DNA from: Octopus sinensis
Taxonomy: Eukaryota
Assembly: GCF_006345805.1 (NCBI RefSeq)
Contig: NC_043018.1
Location: forward strand, 496,001-560,000
Length of the DNA stretch: 64,000 nucleotides
Direction: 5' to 3'
Of this stretch, positions 53,620 to 64,000 are shown one piece after another. Positions within the stretch are counted from its first letter, which is position 1. Every line of letters begins with the position of its first letter. Under the pieces are notes generated by a model. The model was not told the DNA's origin, searched no databases, and saw only the letters and a list, made by a program, of their open reading frames with translations. Both the position numbers and the translations under genes were made by a program.

Positions 53620-54290
53620 GGAAAAAAATCGTTACCAGGGTAGCAAAAATTCTCATAAGTACCATGGATCAAAGCCTGCTCACAAAAACTACCAGGTGAA
53701 CATTCTTCAAAATGCCTGTGACCCTAAATGTAGATTCTACAAGACATTCGACGAAAGAATAGACCATCTCGACTCGGGATATCCTGTGCTGACACCAAAC
53801 GAATACAAAAACGCCACGATAGAGTAGTACATCATTGGAAAATATGTAAGCAGTACCAAAATAGCACTCCTACTTATGAACATCATCCTTAGTCTGTCGT
53901 TGAAGGTAAAAATGTCACTATCCTGTAAATGTAGTTTTCTAGTCAACACCGACAGAACGATCCAGGCTAGTCGATCAGACATAATTATTAAAGATCGGGA
54001 AGAAAATACTTGCAGACTCATAGATGTAAGTGTCCCCACTGGTAAAAATATATCTGTAAAGGAATTTGACAAACTAAGTAAATATAAGGACCTGGAAATT
54101 GAAATACAAAAGAATGTGGCATCTGAAAGAGAGAACTGTTCCTGTTAATATAGGTGCCTTAGGTATGATAGAAAAGTGATGTCAAAAACATTTAGATAAG
54201 ATCCTAGGAAAACAACGTCTCAGAAAAATCCAAAAGACCGTGCCGACAAGCACTACGCACATCCTATGAAAAAACCCTATCAATTTAAAT
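53620..54290 (+). mobile_element. Decayed R4/Dong-clade LINE 3' end: zinc knuckle and restriction-like endonuclease
   Basis: DPKCRFYKTFDERIDHLDSGYPVL (decayed CCHC knuckle) then NTDRTIQASRSDIIIKDREENTCRLIDVSVPTGKNISVKEFDKLSKYKDLEIEIQK (RPD...D...K..KY PD-(D/E)xK RLE motif); broken by frameshifts and stops. Confidence 0.85.
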
Positions 54291-54433
54291 GTGTTGTGTT
54301 TCATTGCATGAATATATTTCGCTATTTCCCCTCTTTAAACTTTCTGTCACACGTTAACATCTCTTATCTTTCCCTGACCCCAGCATCCTGGGTGTCTCTC
54401 GGCAAGTGACTGTAACAAATACGTATATCAAAA

Positions 54434-54434
<1 letters not shown>

Positions 54435-54485
<51 letters not shown>

Positions 54486-54520
54486 TGCAGCTATTATTGC
54501 TAATTGTTCTTCTTCAAAAG

Positions 54521-54553
<33 letters not shown>

Positions 54554-54557
54554 CAAT

Positions 54558-54593
<36 letters not shown>

Positions 54594-54595
54594 AT
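54435..54595. repeat. (AAT)n and (CTA)n tracts
   Basis: Read directly from the sequence. Confidence 0.95.
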
Positions 54596-56429
54596 TTGTT
54601 TTATTCTTCTGACAGTATGAAAGAAAGATAGCTTCTCTTCCATTAACTGGAATATTCAAGTGTAATTCTCCAAGCAATATATTTTATTTTAAAATAATAA
54701 TGAAATCTAGGCTCACCGCTCTTCAAAATAATGCCAAAGACGTTTGGGTTTTTAATTCGAGCATAATAATACCGAGAAGATTCCATCGAGCATTCCAGCC
54801 ATAATCCATTGAGTGAAAAAGCCTGGAGTCCGTTGTGACGATTGCCTCAGATCTCAAGTGCTAAGTTATCCACTTCAGCTGACATTTTCACTTCATCGAT
54901 CTCCAAAATATGAAGGCAGTGGTTGTAGTTTATCTGAAGAAATTCGTACAAAATGATTTTCTGACGCTCCAAATCTTTTGTTAATTCATTGCAATATTTT
55001 GTCTGTCGGTAAAAGGTAATGCAAAATCAGTTTCATGTCGAAGCGAACCCCCCCATGTAAATAATTAATACATACTTGCTGTCTCAAATTAATAAATTTT
55101 ATGTTTTCGGTACTGGTAAAAGAAATATATATGGTATGAGGTCGCTACATATCAAGCCAACTTCTGATCAGTGAAATAAGGCGGTAAATCGGCAGAATCG
55201 ACAAAACAGGACATAAAATTATGTAGGTTTTGTTTCATCCGTCTGTGTTCTTAATTCTTATATCGTTAGTGTCTTCCCTGCCGTTATCTGTATGATATCC
55301 ATAAAATGAAAGTAGCAAGGATGTGAGTAGTTCGTTTGAATAGTCAGAGGGCTGGGGTAGAACTTGTTTTGAGCTACAGTTTCTGCATTTTATATTTCTA
55401 AGAAAACGAAGCGAGTTTCTCTCTATCGAGTTGGCAACATGATATCTTGTAAACTAAAAATTTCCTCAGGGTAAAACACAAAACTATCTTTTGCAATATG
55501 CCAAGAAATATTCTTGACAAACGCCTAAGGCGTTACAAAGATATCACCAAGATGTTATTCGTTGAACTGTTGTTGAAAGTAAAGAAACGAGGCGTGAGAT
55601 GTATGCGGTCTACACTATCTTATGATCTCTTTCTGAAAAATTCAGAATGATTCTCTATTAGAGATAATCGATCTTACTGACAACTACGTATGCAACAATA
55701 ATGTGGATTTATTATCACTCGTTACTTTGAAAGCCCTTTTCTATTTCTTAGCAATTTCATAAATACCTATGCTTTTATCATCCTTTTCAATAAAACTTTC
55801 AAATATTAATATCGTCAGTTTATGTTTCATCCTGCCGATATCGACAAAGAAACCATCCAAGTTGTAAGATTCATTGAGTCAAAGAAACCCAACATCCATC
55901 ATCAAAATTAACGAAGGAATTGTCGTATATATAATTGCAGATATTAGAAACATATTGAGGCTTTTACTGATATCACTCTTCGTGTTAGCTCTGCTCGATT
56001 AGGAGTATGATTGAATAATAGGGTATATAATAAATGTATAATAAACATATTATATATTATAATAAACATAATATAATATTATTATATATTATAAAAAACA
56101 TATAATAAACATATATTATATAGTAAATATATAATAAACATATGCAATATGTTTTATGACAAGATTTTCATGAATACTTAAGTCATGTTTAGATAGCAAC
56201 AAATTAAAATATTAAGCATCCCACTACAGTTGTAATCGTAGCTTTCCACTAGGTAAAGCTTAAGTGGCATTCTTGACGGAGAAGCACCTGCTGTCGTAAA
56301 TGCCGTTTTGTGACAGAATTTGCTACTGCTATTGCTTTTGTAGGAAACATATCACTAACATTTTCAGTTGATCTTGGTCATTCGTGGGTCATCTTCGATG
56401 TCGACGTCATCGCCGTTGTCGTGTATCCT

Positions 56430-57400
56430 ACGCTTGAATCACATCGATGACACTACAACGAAAGTATTTACGATAAATGCGATTTCCAGCTCTGTTGTCC
56501 AGCCAGCGAGTGACATTATTTATCCATCACTTGTGACTTGATCTATTGCCATCTATATTTCCTTTCACGGTATTTTTTAGACCTCCGCTGATAAGGAAAA
56601 ATCTCATCTATAATGGTCATAATAGACGAGCTTTGGACCTTTTCGGTTTAAACGGCAGCTTTTTCTAGCGGGGTCATGAAATTATCACCCATAATTATGA
56701 CCCTAGTATCGATCTATTGCATTTCAATCTCTTTTAGGGTTAGGGATAGTTAGGGTTGGGGGAAGGGTATCTTTTTTCTTCACAAATGTAAATAAACCCA
56801 ATTTGCTTCTTAAACGAGGGACATATTCATATGGCATAGAATGTTGTTTTTTTACCTCAATGGACGTCATTGATTGGTTGAAGTTGCAGAAATTGAAGAA
56901 GAAAAACAACAAATATCTTACAAACTATAGAATTTTCTCAATAAAGCCAAGAGAAAAATATGTTTTATAAACACATTCTACCTGTATACGAAGTTTAAAA
57001 TTTTTTTAGTTACCTAGAAATTATTTAAAAAACTGCCGTTCAAACCGAAAAGATCCCGAGTTTTATTATTTTTTTTGCATTGTTCAAAAATTGTCGGCGT
57101 TCACATAGCTGTTGAAGCACCTAGTCATTTGTCCGACAGTCGCTGTAATGAACTCCTAACATTCTCGTATACACGCAAATTTAAACGTGTTCATGATGTT
57201 CTCTTCAAATGTGTTCGTGTCTGCGATGTGTATTATTTTACAAGGCTTCATTACTCTTCCCTTCGTTTCCATCCGTTCCCCTTCCAGTTTTAGCATCCCG
57301 TGGAGGTTATCACTGCATATTTTTTTCACATTTCCTGACATCCATGTTGAAAGTTTATGTCTTAAATTAAAACAAAAATTGAACACCATATAGAAATATG
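56430..57400 (-). mobile_element. Decayed RTE LINE 3' region interrupted by the MITE at 56635-57056
   Basis: Minus strand gives ETKGRVMKP...FEEN...RMLGVHYSDCRTND.VLQQLCERRQFLNN before the MITE and LVYYDHYR...GNRSSHK.WINNVTRWL after it, matching the RRML.I.W....TN.EVL...KRKL.Y.GH..R...G.R.RGRP..RW.D pattern. Confidence 0.55.
56635..57056. mobile_element. MITE with 28-bp TIRs and 8-bp TSD, copy 2
   Basis: GGACCTTTTCGGTTTAAACGGCAG at the left end and AACTGCCGTTCAAACCGAAAAGATCC at the right end; flanks CGAGCTTT (56627-56634) and CGAGTTTT (57057-57064); interior colinear with copy 1. Confidence 0.9.
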
Positions 57401-58339
57401 CCTTCAGATGAATTTCCTCAGAAGAAACTTTGACGAGAAAAGCTGAAAAAAATTCTTCAGTATAGATATCCTTGTTCTGGATTCATCAGTAATATCAAAA
57501 TCGTCTTCATCAGTATCACCAATGGTAGCAGCAGTCGCAGTAGCAAAAGCAATGTCAACAACAAGAAAATGTCGTAACATATAAAGCGGAAATGTTGAAC
57601 CGTTAAGATTTGAAATGGATGAAAATCGATAACGATTTCAATGGAAAATAAATCGATATATGCAGTTTCTTTGAATGTTTAATAACACAATTCTTTCCTT
57701 CTACTTCGATCTCATTTCCACATAAAATAAAACAAATCGAAATAATGTACATCGAAAGAAAACAACGGAACAATTAAGAAAAAAAAAACAATGAGTAAAA
57801 CAAGAAAACAGTAATTTAAAAGTAACACAAACAAATCAGCAGAAATAGCTTACGAAAATATAAACTAATTGATAGATTAAGCATCATTCTACGTTATGAT
57901 TCGTCTAATTATAAGCCACGGAAAGCAAACCCCTTCCTCGCCGAACACATACGCATTCTGTCCGCCATCATCCTCATCGCTACGACTATCACAGACACAA
58001 AGAACCAGTAGCATCACAAACATACCAGCACCTCCATTAGCACTATATGTACTAGCATCAGTAACAGAAAACACACAACAGTTAAAAAAAACCCCAACAA
58101 ATAGCTATATTTAAAATATAATTTAAGCAAAAATTAACAGTTATATCAGTTCTTTCATACAATCTCGCTAGTTTTAATTAAATTCTCACTAATTACAGCT
58201 AAGCTGTATAATTTCTTACTGTAATTAATGCTACAGATGGAAAAATATTGTTGTTTAGTTTAGATGCAATTTCGCATTCATTTATCTTCTCGCGTGTTTT
58301 TTTTTGGTGGGTGGGTGGAGGGGGTAAATTGTTACGGCT

Positions 58340-58387
58340 TCTGCTACTACTACTACTACTACTACTACTATTATTGATGATGATGAA

Positions 58388-58474
<87 letters not shown>

Positions 58475-58502
58475 TGAAATAATAATAATAATAAAAATAA
58501 TA

Positions 58503-58557
<55 letters not shown>

Positions 58558-58642
58558 TAATAATAATAATAATAATGATAATAATAATAATAATAATAAT
58601 AGTAATAATAATAGTAATAATAATAATTATAAAAATAAAAAT

Positions 58643-58715
<73 letters not shown>
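58340..58715. repeat. (CTA)n then long (ATA)n microsatellite
   Basis: Read directly; source of the poly-L/poly-I ORF 58248..58781. Confidence 0.95.
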
Positions 58716-58716
<1 letters not shown>

Positions 58717-58907
58717 ATAACAGTGATAGGGAAGTTGATGTTGTCGAAGAAGATGCAGTTATTATTAGGATTATTTATTAATTTATTAATAACATTGCTA
58801 TCGCTATTAATAATTTAGTTGCTATTAGTGAAGATGTTTTTTTTATGTAACGCATTATTACTGTTTTGTCAATATATTTCATTTATTCTACATCATAAAC
58901 AACTATA

Positions 58908-58970
<63 letters not shown>

Positions 58971-59224
58971 CAACAATAATAATAATCGTAAAATCATACT
59001 AACAATAATAACAGTAATAAAAGGAAGAAAATGAAAAAAGAAGCAATGGTATTAATACCAAAAGAAGAATAAATAATTTTTTATTTTATTCTTCGGCTTC
59101 TGTTATTCTTCATTCAACATTATTATCCGCATGAGCAGCAACTTCGTTATGCCGGTCAGCTTTGCCGAACAGAAGAGTAAAAGAACACAGGGAACGACAG
59201 TGAGTGATTGCAAGACACACCAAG

Positions 59225-59328
59225 GCAATTTTACTTACACAATTAATTTGGTGATCATCAGTGGAGTCTGTCAAAAATATGACGGACTCCACTGATGATC
59301 TGCAAATTAATTGTGTAAGTAAAACTGC
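59225..59328. repeat. Foldback with 48-bp inverted arms and 8-nt loop, overlapping a hammerhead
   Basis: 59225-59272 versus 59281-59328, with a few mismatches. Confidence 0.85.
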
Positions 59329-59362
59329 ATAATTTATTAACAGTGAAACAATTGTATGGGGT
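59286..59362 (+). ncRNA. Type I hammerhead ribozyme motif with U-U at the first stem II position
   Basis: Stem I actcca/tggggt (one G-U); CTGATGA at 59292-59298; stem II t-ctg...cag-t; GAAA at 59345-59348; palindromic stem III ACAATTGT; GUA ending at 59356. Confidence 0.8.
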
Positions 59363-59510
59363 TAATCTATATTTTTGTTATTTTTCATTTGTCCTGCTCG
59401 CTTACGTTCATAGTGTGCTAGGGTTTTTCTTGAGAACAATTTTTAGTGGTTGAGACTCATGTGGATCTCTCTTTAGCGTAAGGGCGTCCAGTTTAGTGGA
59501 CTCTCACTTA

Positions 59511-59577
<67 letters not shown>

Positions 59578-59886
59578 ATAATAGTGTAATAAATATAATA
59601 TATGCATACATACATAAATAATGTACGTACCTACATCTACATGTATATATACATGCATATATAAATATATATACGTGAGTACAGGACACCACAAATAGAC
59701 GTAGAACTCAACGAGAAACGAAAACGTAGAAACAAACGTGGAAACGGACCTAAACGAAAAAAACAGAGTACAAGACAAACTACACAAGGAAAAATCCTCT
59801 TCATCAGCTGTCCCTAGTTCGACTGAGCGCCCTCGCGTCGATTCGATTCGTTTTCGTTTCGTTTCATCTCCTGTAAGTAAGTTTTG

Positions 59887-59925
<39 letters not shown>

Positions 59926-60160
59926 ACATTAAGAGGATACTCAATCCGGGCAAAATACTTACTAATCTATCTATTGGCACACAAACAGACAATATTAGAT
60001 TAGTAAATAACTCAACAGAGAAGATTAGAGAGAAAGAAGAAAAACGCTTGTGCTCTGTGTAAGTTGCATCTCTTAACATAAATATATTTATATTCAAACT
60101 TTAAGTATTCATCGTCAGAAAGTCTCTACTCAGTGCTTTCTCTCGTTTTGCATGTGTACA

Positions 60161-60380
60161 TACTCTTTTACTCTTTTACTTGTTTCAGTCAGTGACAGCG
60201 GCCATGCTGGAGCACCGCCTTTAATCGAGCAACTCGACCCCGGGACTTATTCTTTTGTAAGCCCAGTACTTATTATATCGGTCTCTTTTGCCGAACCGCT
60301 AAGTAACGGGGACATAAACACACCAGCATCGGTTATCAAGCAATGCTAGCGGGACAAACACAGACACACAAACACACACA

Positions 60381-60420
<40 letters not shown>

Positions 60421-60586
60421 TACGACGGGCTTCTTTTAGTTTCCGTCTTCCAAATCCACTCACAAGACTTTGGTCGACCCGAGGCTATAGTAGAAGACAC
60501 TTGCCTAACGTGCCACGCAGTGGGACTGAACCCGGAACCATGTGGTTGGTAAACAAGCTACTTACCACACAGCCACTCCTGCACCT
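60161..60586 (-). mobile_element. SINE family B, full length
   Basis: Full tail-to-head match to the other copies. Confidence 0.9.
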
Positions 60587-60829
60587 ATATATTCATTTTT
60601 TTATTTCATACCCAAGCTGATATATTTACTATATATGATTTATTTATCCTCATAATTGCCTCCATATGTCCTCAATTTCATCCCTCTTTTCAACATTCTT
60701 TACACCCCCCCCACGGAATTAATCCCAAGTGAAGATACTGGAGTCTAAGTTTGAACCATTTGAGTGCTACTAATTGTCTGCTAAGGGAGAATCTTTGGTC
60801 ACGTATGTAGACTATACATATATACATAA

Positions 60830-61060
60830 GGCGGCGAGCTGGCATACACGTTAGCGCACCGGGCGGAATAATTAGCGGTATTTCGTCTGTCGTTACGTTC
60901 TGAGTTCAAATTCCGCCGAGGTCGACTTTGCCTTTCATCCTTTCGGGGTCGATAAATATAAGTACCAGTTTCGCACTGGGGTCGATGTAGTCGACTTAAT
61001 CCGTTTGTTTGTCCTTGTTCGTCCTCTCTATGTTTAGCCCCTTGTGGGTAGTAAAGAAAT
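60830..61060 (+). mobile_element. SINE family A with 16-bp TSD
   Basis: atacatatatacataa at 60814-60829 and 61061-61076. Confidence 0.9.
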
Positions 61061-61151
61061 ATACATATATACATAAACACACAGACACAGACACACACAC
61101 ACACACAAACTCACACATAGATAAACACACAAATGCATGTATATACATATC

Positions 61152-61188
<37 letters not shown>

Positions 61189-61487
61189 TTTTATTGTTTT
61201 ACTTCTTTCAGTCATTTGACTACGGACAAGCTAGAGCACAACTTTCAACCGTTTTTAGCGGAACAACTCGATCTCAGAACTTATTCCTTGTAAGCGTATT
61301 ACTTATTTTATCGGTCTCTTTAACCGAACTGTTAATTCATATGGATGTAAGCACATCAACGCCGGTTTTCAATCGGTAATGGGCTACAAAGACTGTCACA
61401 CATATATAGACATAGATATATACATATATATATATATATTTGCGTGTCTGTGTGTATGTGTGTGTGAGTGGAATGTATATATATTAT

Positions 61488-61695
61488 TTTTCTTATTTCA
61501 GTCATTTTGACTTCGGGCGGGCTGGAGCACCGCCTTTAGTCGAATATATAAACCCCCACGACTTATTATTTGTAAGCCTAGTATTTTTCTATCTTTCGCT
61601 TTTGCCGAATCGCTAAGTTACGGGGACTAAACACACCAACATTGGTTGTCACACGATGTTGGGGTACAATCACAAGCATGCACACACACACACAC

Positions 61696-61741
<46 letters not shown>

Positions 61742-62150
61742 TGTATACGACGGGCTTCTTTCACTTTCCATCAACCAAATCAACTCACAAGGCTGTGGTC
61801 GGCCTGCGGCTATACTAGAAGACGTTGGAGAGCTGGCAGAAATGTCAGCGCGCCGGGCGAAATGCTTAGCGGTATTTCGTCTGTCGTTACGTTCTGAGTT
61901 CAAATTCTGCCGAGGTCGACTTTGCATTTCATCCTTTCGGGGTCGATAAATTAAGTACCAGTTACGCACTGGGGTCGATGTAATCGAGTTAATCCCTTTG
62001 TCTGTCCTTGTTTGTCCCCTCTATGTTTAGCCCCCTGTGGGTAGTAAAGAAATATATACTAGAAGACGTTTGTTCAAAGTTCCACGCGGTGGGGCTGAAT
62101 CCTGAACCATGTGGATGGGAAGCACTCTTCTTACCACACAGCCACTCTTC
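61488..62150 (-). mobile_element. Old SINE family B copy interrupted by a family A insertion
   Basis: Tail and body run to 61826; the head resumes at 62071 (tgttcaaagttccacgcggtggggctgaatcc). Confidence 0.8.
61827..62054 (+). mobile_element. SINE family A nested in family B, 16-bp TSD
   Basis: tatactagaagacgtt at 61811-61826 and 62055-62070. Confidence 0.92.
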
Positions 62151-62215
62151 GATCTGAGGAACTTAACGTGTTTCTACATTTGTATATACATTGTTGATGG
62201 TACGTATAACCAAAT

Positions 62216-62454
62216 AAAAAAAGGCGTCGAGCTGGCAGAAACGTTAGCGCGCCGGGCGAAATGCTTAGCGGTATTTCGTCTGCCGTTATGTTCTCAGTTC
62301 AAATTCCGCCGAGGTCGACTTTGCCTTTCATCCTTTCGAGGTCGATTAAATAAGTACCAGTTACGCACTGGGGTCGATGTAATCGACTTAATACCTATGT
62401 CTGTCCTTGTTTGTCCCCTCTATGTTTAGCCATTTGTGGGTAATAAAAGAAATA
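62216..62454 (+). mobile_element. SINE family A with 17-bp TSD
   Basis: ggtacgtataaccaaat at 62199-62215 and 62455-62471. Confidence 0.92.
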
Positions 62455-63199
62455 GGTACGTATAACCAAATTTAACTGTTATATATTTTAATTGCCTATA
62501 TTGATTATTTAATCTCTTTTATTTTGTGTAAGCTTGAACCATGCTCTTATAGGGAAATGTATTTGTGTTTCCTTTCTGCTGCGGTATATAATTAGAAACA
62601 ATGTGCAAAGGAATTCGCAGAAAATCAATCTGTTTTAAATAAAAGGATTTAGTTCCGACAATTTATATATGAAATCAGTTTGATTATTATTAGTTTGGTT
62701 CATTTGTAATTAAATTTCCGTTCTGAATATGAATAATTTCTTTACACGTCAAACAGCCACATGCATATTGTAACACATATCTCATCATTCATTTTTGTAG
62801 CTAGATTATACTCAGAAAACGGTGTCATTTTTCGGATTGCATGAAACACGCTGAAATATCCGGTATATCTGACATAACCTGGTTTCATCAGATTGATGAC
62901 TATGCTTATAATTCCTCAAAGGAAATTATATATGCGTTCGATTCCTTCATTCCAATTCAATATTTAATTTGAAGAAAATGCAGATTTCCTTCACAAAGCT
63001 ATATAGTTTTTGCGCTAAATGACAGAAAAAAAAATCACCAATAGTTTCCATTCCGTTTTGTTTTGTGCGGTTGATTTGTGTAAATCAAAATTACAAATTC
63101 ATTTATGTTGTAAATAAATGATCTGCTGAAGTATTACAGTTTAATATGGCAAGTAATCCGTCTATTTTGTGACTGGTGCTTGTATTGCTATTGTTATAT

Positions 63200-63850
<651 letters not shown>

Positions 63851-63961
63851 TCCTACAAATATAACAATATCTGTTTCAACACAGTATTTCACGTGAGGAA
63901 TCTTGCAAAACAAATTCATAAGCGTATATATATATATATACTTAGACCAAAGCGCCGTATC

Positions 63962-63999
<38 letters not shown>

Positions 64000-64000
64000 C

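Noticed and set aside
54760-55140. Possible further mariner remnant on the minus strand (RQT..EL, IVT.D-like traces)
   Set aside because: Too degraded to support by eye.
59760-59830. Minus-strand CTGATGA in a (TA)n-flanked element
   Set aside because: A short stem follows, but there is no GAAA, stem III or cleavage triplet in register, so it is not called a hammerhead.

Overview
Very AT-rich, microsatellite-saturated eukaryotic non-coding DNA. The SINE, LINE and microsatellite landscape is most consistent with a coleoid cephalopod (Octopus-like) intron or intergenic region; this is inference, as no taxon marker is present. I find no supportable host protein-coding gene, rRNA, true tRNA gene or CRISPR array, and most ORFs in the track are translations of (TA)n, (CA)n, (ATA)n or (CTA)n repeats. 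The window holds three abundant tRNA-headed SINE families (several copies with target-site duplications, TSDs), decayed RTE- and R4/Dong-clade LINE fragments, mariner remnants, mariner-type MITEs, two copies of a MITE with 28-bp TIRs and 8-bp TSDs, and a Helentron/HINE-like element. The main unexpected signal is a set of type I hammerhead ribozyme (HHR) motifs folded by eye. Intact or near-intact cores lie at about 32.35, 34.18, 34.84, 35.27, 43.33, 51.94 and 59.29 kb, and decayed ones at about 5.9, 16.0, 34.5 and 48.1 kb. Most sit in short elements embedded in (TA)n tracts, arranged as partial tandem repeats (428-nt and 564-nt units) or as foldback palindromes, which fits Penelope-like or retrozyme-like non-autonomous elements. 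No computation or database search was run, and coordinates were counted by hand (a few bases of error is possible).
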